Positions 1-7,983 of a stretch of 64,000 nucleotides of DNA are shown here, one piece after another; the stretch's first letter is position 1, and every line of letters begins with the position of its first letter. The position numbers were made by a program, and so were the translations under genes. The notes under the pieces are model-generated. The model saw only the letters and a list, made by a program, of their open reading frames with translations. It was not told the origin of the DNA and made no database searches. Origin of the DNA: Dehalococcoidia bacterium (lineage in GTDB: Bacteria > Chloroflexota > Dehalococcoidia > UBA2979); assembly GCA_965262725.1 (NCBI GenBank), contig OZ253555.1:448001-512000 (forward strand). The letters are read 5' to 3'.

Positions 1-16
1 GGTGGGGAGGTAGCCC

Positions 17-448
17 GTGCTCCAGGCCGCGCTCATCGTCAGCTCGCTGCTCGGCGACCTCCCGCGCGAGGCGCTCCGCACCGCCGGCGCGCTCCTGCTG
101 CTCGTCCTCGCCTCCGTGCTCGTGGTGGTGATCGCCGTGGCGGCGCTGGCGGCGACGCTGCTCGCGGCACTTCCCGGCGTCGGCGGTCCCGAACCGCCTC
201 CGCCTCCGCCTCCGCCTCCGCCTCCGCCCGAACACGCCACCGCCATCTCCAGAGACGGCGCTGCGCACGGCGTGCCCGCGGAGCTGCCGGCAGCGGCGAT
301 CGCCCCGGTGGGGCGCGGCTTCGGCGCCCGCACCAAGGCGCCAGCGGCCGCCGTGGCGCCGGCGCCCGCCCGCGAGAGCTATGCCGCCGCCGAGCTCATG
401 ACGGCACCGCCGCCCGTGCCGGCCGCGTCTGCCGGGGCGGCGTCGTGA
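17..448 (+). CDS. Membrane-anchored Pro-rich protein with a degenerate lytic-transglycosylase-like segment (VirB1 position)
   Basis: GGAGG RBS, N-terminal TM helix, poly-Pro linker. HGVPAELPAAAIAPVGRGFG resembles the SLT motif GVPxxLLAAIAxVESxF without the catalytic ES. Stop overlaps the next start (GTGA). Confidence 0.55.
   Translation: MLQAALIVSSLLGDLPREALRTAGALLLLVLASVLVVVIAVAALAATLLAALPGVGGPEPPPPPPPPPPPPEHATAISRDGAAHGVPAELPAAAIAPVGRGFGARTKAPAAAVAPAPARESYAAAELMTAPPPVPAASAGAAS
194..229 (+). repeat. (CCGCCT)n hexamer microsatellite encoding poly-Pro
   Basis: About six tandem CCGCCT units visible in the sequence. Confidence 0.85.
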
Positions 449-987
449 CCGGGCGCGGACCGGGCTACGCGCTGCTCGCGCTCGCCGCGCTGCTCTTGGC
501 GGTCGCCGTCGCCTCCGCCTGGAGCGGGGCCTCGCGCCTCGCCGGGCGCGGTGAGGACGGCGCCGCGCGCCGGGCCGCCGATGCCGCCTCCGTGGAGGCC
601 GCGGCGTCCGCGTTCGTCGTCGCCTACGGCGGCTTCGACTACCGCGACGCAGACAGCTATATGGCGCGCCTCGCCGCGCTCACCTCAGGCGAACTCCGCG
701 CGGCGCTCGCGGGAGCGGCGGTCGATCCGGCCGCCATCGCCGGGGACCGCCGGAGCCGCGCTGCCGTCCAGTCGGTCTCGGTCGCCGCGCTCACCGCCGC
801 TGTCGCGGAGGCGACGGTCCGCTCGCTGCACGAGCGGAGCTGGCTGGACCCGGCGTCCGGACGCGCCGCCCGGGAAGAGGTCACCCAGCACGTCCGCCTG
901 CGGCTCGTCCGCGAGGGCGGCCGCTGGCTGGTGACGGAGGTCGTTCTGCTTGGGGAGGAATCAATCGGCGCACGGGGCGCCGGCTGA
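445..987 (+). CDS. Single-pass membrane protein, VirB8/TcpC/Mce-associated-like (NTF2-like fold)
   Basis: N-terminal TM helix, AASAFVVAYGGFDY helix, C-terminal LRLVREGGRWLV strand typical of NTF2-like domains; tra operon context. Confidence 0.6.
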   Translation: MTGRGPGYALLALAALLLAVAVASAWSGASRLAGRGEDGAARRAADAASVEAAASAFVVAYGGFDYRDADSYMARLAALTSGELRAALAGAAVDPAAIAGDRRSRAAVQSVSVAALTAAVAEATVRSLHERSWLDPASGRAAREEVTQHVRLRLVREGGRWLVTEVVLLGEESIGARGAG

Positions 988-1001
988 GAAGGGAGCCGGG
1001 G

Positions 1002-1232
1002 ATGGAAGAGATCAACGTGCTGTTCGGGAACCTGCTCGACATCGGCATCGGTGTGGCGGCGGCGGTCTCGGCGTTCTTCGTGATGTGGGGGGCATTCCTC
1101 TACATGTCGGCGTCCGGGTCGCCCCGCCAGATGGAGGCGGGCAAGACGGCGATCCTCAACGCGCTCGCGGGGTTCGCGATCGTGCTGCTCGCGCGCGCGA
1201 TCGCCGGCATCGTGCAGGGGGCGATGGCGTGA
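1002..1232 (+). CDS. TrbC/VirB2-family pilin
   Basis: 76 aa, two hydrophobic helices flanking GAFLYMSASGSPRQMEAGKTAILNALAG; GGAG RBS. Confidence 0.8.
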   Translation: MEEINVLFGNLLDIGIGVAAAVSAFFVMWGAFLYMSASGSPRQMEAGKTAILNALAGFAIVLLARAIAGIVQGAMA

Positions 1233-1627
1233 TGACGCGCCACGAGATCCCGACCCACCTCGGCGTCGCCGACAGGGCGGTCCTGGGCCTGACGATGCGC
1301 CAGCTGCTCTCCGCCGCCGCCGGCCTCTCGCTGGCCTACGGCGCCGCGGGCGACCTGCCGCTGCCGCTGCCCGTCCGCCTCTGTGCGGCCGCGCTGGTGC
1401 TGGCCGCGGTGCTGCCGCTGGTCTTCTGGCGGCCCGCCGGACGCCCGCTCGAGGAGTGGGTATTCGTGCTGCTGCGCTACCGGGCCGTGCCCCGCGCCGC
1501 CGTCTGGAGGCCGCGCGAGCGCTCCGTGCCTCCGCGCGCGTCCCGCGAGGTGGTGCTGCGCCCGCTCGCGGCGCCGCCCGTCCACCCGGTGACGAGGAGG
1601 GGAGACGTGCATGCGACCGCGTCCTGA
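1232..1627 (+). CDS. PrgI-family (VirB3-like) protein
   Basis: MTRHEIPTHLGVADRAVLGLTMRQL...RPAGRPLEEW matches the PrgI pattern; TGATG coupling to the pilin gene. Confidence 0.8.
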   Translation: MTRHEIPTHLGVADRAVLGLTMRQLLSAAAGLSLAYGAAGDLPLPLPVRLCAAALVLAAVLPLVFWRPAGRPLEEWVFVLLRYRAVPRAAVWRPRERSVPPRASREVVLRPLAAPPVHPVTRRGDVHATAS

Positions 1628-1784
1628 CCGGAGACGGCGGTGGCGGCCGTTCGGGAAGAGCGCTCACGCGGCCGAGCAGCGGGCCGAGCAGCGGGCCCAT
1701 CAGCGGGCACGACGGGAAGCACGCAGGCAATCGCACCGGATCAGGAGACGCACGTGGCGAGCACGCATGAGGCGCTACCGCTGA
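1611..1784 (+). CDS. Putative small Arg-rich basic protein (57 aa)
   Basis: GAGGAGGGGA RBS before ATG 1611; reads MRPRPDRRRRWRPFGKSAHAAEQRAEQRAHQRARREARRQSHRIRRRTWRARMRRYR; fills the gap in the operon. Confidence 0.4.
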   Translation: MRPRPDRRRRWRPFGKSAHAAEQRAEQRAHQRARREARRQSHRIRRRTWRARMRRYR

Positions 1785-1826
1785 TGGAACGCGGAGCCCG
1801 GGTGGTGGCGAGGAAGGGAGTGGCAC

Positions 1827-2537
1827 ATGTGGTCACGCGGTAGCAGGAGGCGGCGCCTCGCGAGCGTGCAGGAAATCCTGCCGCTGGAGGAGATATCGGG
1901 CGACGTCGTGCGCCTGCGCGGCGGCGACTACCGCTGCGTGCTCGAGGCCCAGGGCATCCACTTCGCGCTCAAGTCGGAGCCCGAGCAGGAGGCGATCCTC
2001 GCCGGGTACCGGCGCTTCCTGAACGGGCTCACCCACCCGCTGCAGGTGCTGGTGCGCCTGGTCCCGGCCGATGTCGAGGGCTACCTCGCCGGTCTCGGGG
2101 GCGCCCGCCGGGGCACGGAGACGCTGCGGCGGCTCGCGCTCGACCACGAGGCGTTCGTGCGGCGCATCGCCCGCGAGCGGACGCTGCTCGACCGACGGTT
2201 CTACGTGGTCGTGCCGGCGGACGTGGACGGCGCCCCCGGGCGGGCCGGGCCGGGCTGGCCGGGCCTGGGCCGGCTGCTGCGACCGGGAGCGCGGTCCCCG
2301 CGGCAGCAGAGCGACCTCGCCCGGGCGCGGCGCACGCTCTCCTTGCGCTGCGGCGAGGTGGCGCAGGGCCTCGGCTCATTCGGGGTGCGCACGCGGCGGC
2401 TCGACGCGGGCGAGCTGGCGGCGCTCTGGCGCGCCGTGCTCGGCGGCGGCGCCGGCTATGGGCCTCCGGTCGCCACTCCCGTCGTCACATCACCCGTCGT
2501 CTTCTCCGGGCACCGGCAGGAGGCCTCCCGTGCCTAG
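1827..2537 (+). CDS. TraE/VirB4-N-terminal-like T4SS accessory protein
   Basis: SVQEILPLEEISGDVVRL..YRCVLEAQGIHFALKSEPEQEAILAGYRRFLNGL..PLQVLVR pattern typical of the gene preceding VirB4 in Gram-positive-type T4SS. Confidence 0.7.
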   Translation: MWSRGSRRRRLASVQEILPLEEISGDVVRLRGGDYRCVLEAQGIHFALKSEPEQEAILAGYRRFLNGLTHPLQVLVRLVPADVEGYLAGLGGARRGTETLRRLALDHEAFVRRIARERTLLDRRFYVVVPADVDGAPGRAGPGWPGLGRLLRPGARSPRQQSDLARARRTLSLRCGEVAQGLGSFGVRTRRLDAGELAALWRAVLGGGAGYGPPVATPVVTSPVVFSGHRQEASRA

Positions 2538-4356
2538 CCCCGCGGCACTCCTTCGGCGTCGGGATCGCGGCGCCGGCAGCCCGGCGGGCGCGCACCGCTT
2601 CGCCGCCGGCGAGCGCTCCACCGCCGACCTGATCGCGCCCACGGCGATGGAGGAGACGCGAGACCACCTCGACATCGACGGGCAACTCACGCGGGTGCTG
2701 GCGCTCACGGACTACCCGCGCCACGTCGCCCCGAACTGGCTCGGGCGGCTCATCGACCAGGGCGAGCCGCTCGACCTCAGCCTGCACCTCGAGCCGCTGG
2801 ACTCGGGGGACGCGGTGCGCGGCCTGACCCACCGCCTGGTGGAGCTGCAGTCATCGCGCCTGCTCGACGCCAGGGGCGGGCGCATCGCCTCCGCCGAGCG
2901 CGAGGTCGCCTACGAGGATGCCGAGCGGCTGCGCGACGCGCTGGAGCGCGGCGACGAGCGCGTCTTCTCGGGAAGCCTCTACCTCAGGGTGCACGGCCGC
3001 TCGGCCCGGGAGCTCGACCGGGCCGCGGCGCGCGTCGAGGGGACGCTCGGCGGGATGATGGCCACGGCCCGGCCGGCGCTCTACGAGATGCTGCCGGGGC
3101 TGCTCTCGTGCCTCCCGGCCGGGCAGGACCACCTGGGCCGGCGCCGCAACCTCGACACGTCGAGCGTGGCGACGATGATCCCCTTCACGTCGAGCGCTCT
3201 CTCCGCCGGCCGCGGGCTGCTCTACGGCGAGAGCGTCCACAACAGCTCGCTCGTCATCTTCGACCCCTTCGGTGCGGACCAGGAGAACGCCAACAAGGTC
3301 GTCTTCGCGAAGAGCGGGGCCGGCAAGTCCTACGCCTGCAAGGTCGAGGCGCTGCGGGCGCTGCTGCTCGGGGTCGAGTACTACGTCATCGACCCCGAGG
3401 ACGAGTACGGCCGGATCTGCGAGGCGGTCGGCGGGCAGATGGTCCGCCTCTCCGGCGGCTCGCCCGTCCGCATCAACCCCTTCGACCTGCCGCCGGGCGG
3501 GCCGGAGCCGGCCGGAGCGGATCCCGATGCGCGCGACCCGCTCGCGGAGCGCGTGCTGGCGCTGCAGGGTCTGCTCGCGCTGATGCTGGCAGGGCCCGGC
3601 CAATCGCTCGGCCAGCGCGAGCGGGGCGTGCTCGACCGGGCGCTCTACGAGAGCTACCGGCGGGCCGGCATCACCGCCGACCCGGCGACGCACGACCGCC
3701 CCGCGCCGGTGCTGCGCGACCTGGTCCGGGTGCTGCAGAGCGGCGGCGATGAGCACGGGCTCGCGGGGCGCCTCGAGCGCTACGTCTCGGGCAGCCTCGG
3801 GCGCGTCTTCTCGGAGCGCACGACGGCCTCACTCGACCGCCCCTTCGTGGTCTTCAACGTGGAGGGCCTGGAGGAGGAGCTGCGCCCGCTCGCCACCTAC
3901 CTCATCGCGGATCACATCTGGGCGCGGGTGACTCGCGACCCGAAACCCCGCGTGCTGCTGATCGACGAGGCGTGGTCGTTGATGCGCTACCCGGAGGGGG
4001 CTCGCTTCCTGGCGCAGCTGGCACGCCGGGCGCGCAAGCGCTGGCTCGGCCTCACCACGGTCACGCAGGACGTGGGGGACTTCCTGGCCTCGCCGGAGGG
4101 TCACACCGTGCTCGCCAACAGCTCGGTGCAGCTCCTGATGCGGCAGGACAGCTCCACGGCCGGGCTCGTCGCGGAGACCTTCGGGCTCTCGGCCGCGGAG
4201 CGGGAGTTCCTGCTCGCCTGCCGCAGGGGCGAGGGCCTCTTCCTGGCCCGCGGCAACCACATCGCGCTGCGCGTCGAGGCGAGCCCGCTCGAGCACGCGC
4301 TGGCGACGACAGACCCCGCGGAACGCGCTGCCGACAGGACGGAGGTGCAGCCATGA
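2530..4356 (+). CDS. VirB4-family conjugation ATPase
   Basis: Walker A AKSGAGKS, IDPEDEY, INPFD, Walker B LLIDEAW, RRARKRWLGLTTVTQDV; CAGGAGG RBS before GTG 2530. Confidence 0.92.
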   Translation: MPSPAALLRRRDRGAGSPAGAHRFAAGERSTADLIAPTAMEETRDHLDIDGQLTRVLALTDYPRHVAPNWLGRLIDQGEPLDLSLHLEPLDSGDAVRGLTHRLVELQSSRLLDARGGRIASAEREVAYEDAERLRDALERGDERVFSGSLYLRVHGRSARELDRAAARVEGTLGGMMATARPALYEMLPGLLSCLPAGQDHLGRRRNLDTSSVATMIPFTSSALSAGRGLLYGESVHNSSLVIFDPFGADQENANKVVFAKSGAGKSYACKVEALRALLLGVEYYVIDPEDEYGRICEAVGGQMVRLSGGSPVRINPFDLPPGGPEPAGADPDARDPLAERVLALQGLLALMLAGPGQSLGQRERGVLDRALYESYRRAGITADPATHDRPAPVLRDLVRVLQSGGDEHGLAGRLERYVSGSLGRVFSERTTASLDRPFVVFNVEGLEEELRPLATYLIADHIWARVTRDPKPRVLLIDEAWSLMRYPEGARFLAQLARRARKRWLGLTTVTQDVGDFLASPEGHTVLANSSVQLLMRQDSSTAGLVAETFGLSAAEREFLLACRRGEGLFLARGNHIALRVEASPLEHALATTDPAERAADRTEVQP

Positions 4357-5441
4357 GCCACATCGACATCGATCAGCTGAAGCGCCGCAACCCGCTCGCC
4401 GACATCGTCCGGCGCCACGGGGTCGAGCTGCGCGGGCAGGGGAGGCGACTGACGGGGCGCTGCCCGTTCCACGACGACCGCACGCCGAGCCTCTGCGTCT
4501 ATCCCGAGACGGAGTCCTTCCACTGCTTCGGCTGCGGCGCCGCCGGCGACGTGATCGACTTCATCCGCCGCACCGAGGGCCTGGGCTTCCGCGAGGCCGT
4601 TCTGCGGCTCGGAGGCGGAGCCGTGGGCGGCGGTTCCGGTGGCAGTTCGATCGGGACCGCCGCCCACGCGCCACCGCCCCCGGTGCGGGCCCGCGTGCCG
4701 GAGAAGACCGAGCAGGCCCCGGTGCTGTCGCTCGACGACCGGCTGATCCTCACGGCGGCCTGCGAGCTCTACCACGAGACGCTGCTCGAGACGCCCGCGG
4801 CGCTGCGCTACCTCGATGAGCGGGGGGTGCAGCCCTGGCTCGCGAAGGGCTGCCGGCTCGGCACGAGCGACGGCAAGAGGCTCGTGCCGTACCTGAAGCG
4901 GCGCCGGCTCAGCCTGAAGCGCGCAGAAGCGCTCGGCCTGCTCTTCCGCTCCGGCGACGAGGCGATGACCAGCCGCCTCGTGATCCCGGAGCTGCGCGGC
5001 GCGCACTGCGGCTGGATGGTCGGCCGCGCCCCGGACGGCGGCAGCGGTCCGAAGTACCGGGGTCTCTCGCTCCCGAAGCCGCTGCTCGGCTACGAGCGCG
5101 GCAGGCGGCGCCTCTTCCTCACCGAGGGGCCGTTCGACTGGCTGACGCTCACGGGCTGGGGGCTGCCGGCGTGCGCGCTGCTCGGGACGCAGCCCGGGCG
5201 GGGCGTGCTGCGGCTGCTCGAACGCGCGCGCTCGGTCGTGCTCGTGATGGACTCAGACGAGGCCGGTCGCGACGCCGCGCAGCGGCTCTCCGCCGAGCTC
5301 GGAGGGCGCGCAGAGGTCCTCGAGTTGCCCGCGGGCGTCAAGGACGTGAGCGAGCTGGGCGCGCGGCCGGGCGGCCGCGACGCCTTCTTCCGGCTGCTGG
5401 GCGCGGAGAGGAGGGACACGGATGTCGCGATCACGCACTGA
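4353..5441 (+). CDS. DNA primase-like protein (CHC2 zinc finger + Toprim)
   Basis: CPFHDDRTPS...FHCFGC zinc finger; TEGPFD and MDSDEAG Toprim motifs; KDVSEL; ATGA overlap with virB4. Confidence 0.9.
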   Translation: MSHIDIDQLKRRNPLADIVRRHGVELRGQGRRLTGRCPFHDDRTPSLCVYPETESFHCFGCGAAGDVIDFIRRTEGLGFREAVLRLGGGAVGGGSGGSSIGTAAHAPPPPVRARVPEKTEQAPVLSLDDRLILTAACELYHETLLETPAALRYLDERGVQPWLAKGCRLGTSDGKRLVPYLKRRRLSLKRAEALGLLFRSGDEAMTSRLVIPELRGAHCGWMVGRAPDGGSGPKYRGLSLPKPLLGYERGRRRLFLTEGPFDWLTLTGWGLPACALLGTQPGRGVLRLLERARSVVLVMDSDEAGRDAAQRLSAELGGRAEVLELPAGVKDVSELGARPGGRDAFFRLLGAERRDTDVAITH

Positions 5442-7983
5442 ACTCTCGTACCTGGCAGAGGTCGTCGCGCCCCGCGATCTGGAGGCGAGCATCGCCTCGG
5501 CGCGGGGGATGTTCGGCGCGCTGGCCGGCGAGTCGATCTCGCTCGAGATCGCGACGGGCGCCGCCGGAGGCCCGCGCTGGTACGTGCGCTCGGGCACGGC
5601 ATCGGGCCTCGACCGCGCGCTCGCGCAGCTGCGCGCGGCCTACCCGCAGGCGCGGGCCGAGCGCATCGCACCGGACCGTGCCGATCTCGATCCGGCCCGT
5701 GTGCTCGGGGCGGAGCAGGCCATCGTGGTCGGGCTGCGGCCCTCCACCGGGGACATCCCCTCGCTCCGCAGCGACTGGCGGAACGAACCCTCACCGCTGA
5801 CCGGGGTGCTGGCGCGGGCGGCGCCGCGGGAAGACGAGCGGGTCGTCTGCCGGCTGACACTCGGCCCCGCTCCGGCCGGGGCGGCCGGCCGCATCCACCG
5901 CCGGGCGGCGCCCGCCGGCGCGCCGCGGCGCGAACCTGCCGGAGACACGGGGCCGAGCCCGGTCCCGCTCGTCGGGGCGCTCGCGATCGCCGCGGCGGGC
6001 CTGCTGGGACGACAGTGGTACCTCGATGGGGAGTGGGCGCTGCTGCTCGCGGGCGGCATCGGCGCCTTCGTCGGGCTGCCGCTCGCGGGAGCGCTCGCCA
6101 TGCGCATGCTGCGCTCCCCCGAACCGCTCCCGCCGAGGGTGGTGGAGCAGAAGCTCGGCTCGCCTCTGGTGAGCGCGAGCCTCGAGGTCCACGCGATCGG
6201 CTGGCATGACTCGGGCCCCGAGCGCCTGCGCCTGCTCGCTCGTGAGACCGCGGCGGCCTACGGCGCCTACGACTCGGCGGGCGGGGGACTGCGCCCCGCG
6301 GCTCCGCACGCGCCGCGCCGCAGGCCGGACCGGAAGCTGCCGCTCCTTCTGAACACCGCCGAGCTCGCCGGCCTCTGGCACCTGCCCGACCAGGCGGGCG
6401 CCCCGGCCGGGATCCGCCGCACGACGGCGCAGCGGCTTCCGCCGGCGCCCGGCCACGCGGCGCGCGGCGCGCGCGTCGGCACCTCAGATGCGGACGGCGG
6501 CGACGCTCCCGTCCACCTCCCCGCGCCGCTCCTGCACCGCAACCAACTGATCGTGGCGAAGACGCGGCGCGGCAAGTCGACGCTGCTCAGGCACCTCGCG
6601 GCCCGCGTGATGGAGGGGGCAGGCGGGGGATCGGACGGGACGGCGCTGGTGGTGGTCGACCCCCACCAGGACCTCGCCGAGGCGGTGCTGGACGCCGTGC
6701 CGCCGGAACTCGCGGACCGCACGACCTACCTCGACTTCGCGAACCTGGAGCGGCCGGTCGGCCTCAACCTGCTCGACGTCTCGCTCTTCCCCGACCGCGA
6801 CCGCACGACCGAGCACATCGTCACGATGATGAACCGCCTCTGGCCGGACAACTGGGGGCCGCGCATGGAGGGCGCGCTGCGGGCATCCCTGCTCGCGCTG
6901 CTCGACGCGAACCGCCACTACGAGCGGGAGGCGCAGTTCACGCTGCTCGACGTCGCGCCGATGCTCACCGACCGGGAGCTGCGCGAGCGCGTGCTCGACC
7001 AGGTGCAGGACCCGGCGGTGCGCGCCTGGTGGCGCGACAACTACGACCGTGCGGGGCGCGTGCTGCAGCAGCAGACCGCGAACCCCGTCACCTCGAAGAT
7101 CGGCCGCTTCACGGTCACGGAGGCATCGCGCCTGGTCTTCGGGCAGGCGCGCTCCACCTTCGATCCGCGCGCGATCGTGCGCGACGGCGGCGTGCTCGTC
7201 GTCAACACCGCCGTCGGCGCGCTCGGCGAGGGCGCCGCCTCGCTCGTGGGGGCGACGCTGCTCAACCTGCTCGGCCTCCTGATCGAGGAGCAGGTGGCGC
7301 TGCCGCCTCAGCACCGGCGGAAGGTGATCGGGCTCATCGACGAGTCGAGCACGCTCGGCGCCGTCGACTACACGCGCATGCTCTCCGAGCTCGGCAAGTA
7401 CGGCGCGAGCTTCGTGCTGGTGACGCAGTCGCTCGCCAAGCTCGACGCCATCGACCGCAACCTCGCCCCGACGATCTTCGCCAACTCCGACGGCCTCACC
7501 GTCTTCGGGGTCAGCGCCGAGGACGCCCGCCGGCTCACGCCGGAGCTGGGAGGCGGGATCGAGGTCCCCGACCTGGTCTCGCTCGACGACTTCACCTGCT
7601 ACGCGCGCTGGTGGGACGGCCGCGCCCGCCCGCCCGCGTTCTCGTTCCGGGTCGACCCGCCGCCGCCGACCGTCCCGGGTCGGGCCCGGGCGATCGCGGC
7701 GCGCTCCGCCGAGCGCGTCGGCAGGCCGCGCGAGCAGGTGGTCGAGGAGATCACGCAGGCGCTCTCGGAGCACTCGCCGTCGAGGTCGTCGGACCGCCGC
7801 GGGCGGAAGTCCCAGGAGGAAGTGGCGGAGGCAGGGCAGGGGAGTGCCGCGGGAGCGGGTGACGACCTCGGAACCCCGACGGGCAGGGCGGAGCGGCGCG
7901 AGAGTCCGGGGACCGCAGGACGGTCGTCCCGCGGCAACGACCACCGCGGCCGCGGCCCCCACCCCCGGGGGCGCCATGCGTGA
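5422..7983 (+). CDS. VirD4/TraD-type type IV coupling protein
   Basis: Two TM helices, ELAGLWHLP motif, Walker A AKTRRGKST, VVDPHQDL, LIDES, LVTQSLAKL. Confidence 0.88.
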   Translation: MSRSRTELSYLAEVVAPRDLEASIASARGMFGALAGESISLEIATGAAGGPRWYVRSGTASGLDRALAQLRAAYPQARAERIAPDRADLDPARVLGAEQAIVVGLRPSTGDIPSLRSDWRNEPSPLTGVLARAAPREDERVVCRLTLGPAPAGAAGRIHRRAAPAGAPRREPAGDTGPSPVPLVGALAIAAAGLLGRQWYLDGEWALLLAGGIGAFVGLPLAGALAMRMLRSPEPLPPRVVEQKLGSPLVSASLEVHAIGWHDSGPERLRLLARETAAAYGAYDSAGGGLRPAAPHAPRRRPDRKLPLLLNTAELAGLWHLPDQAGAPAGIRRTTAQRLPPAPGHAARGARVGTSDADGGDAPVHLPAPLLHRNQLIVAKTRRGKSTLLRHLAARVMEGAGGGSDGTALVVVDPHQDLAEAVLDAVPPELADRTTYLDFANLERPVGLNLLDVSLFPDRDRTTEHIVTMMNRLWPDNWGPRMEGALRASLLALLDANRHYEREAQFTLLDVAPMLTDRELRERVLDQVQDPAVRAWWRDNYDRAGRVLQQQTANPVTSKIGRFTVTEASRLVFGQARSTFDPRAIVRDGGVLVVNTAVGALGEGAASLVGATLLNLLGLLIEEQVALPPQHRRKVIGLIDESSTLGAVDYTRMLSELGKYGASFVLVTQSLAKLDAIDRNLAPTIFANSDGLTVFGVSAEDARRLTPELGGGIEVPDLVSLDDFTCYARWWDGRARPPAFSFRVDPPPPTVPGRARAIAARSAERVGRPREQVVEEITQALSEHSPSRSSDRRGRKSQEEVAEAGQGSAAGAGDDLGTPTGRAERRESPGTAGRSSRGNDHRGRGPHPRGRHA

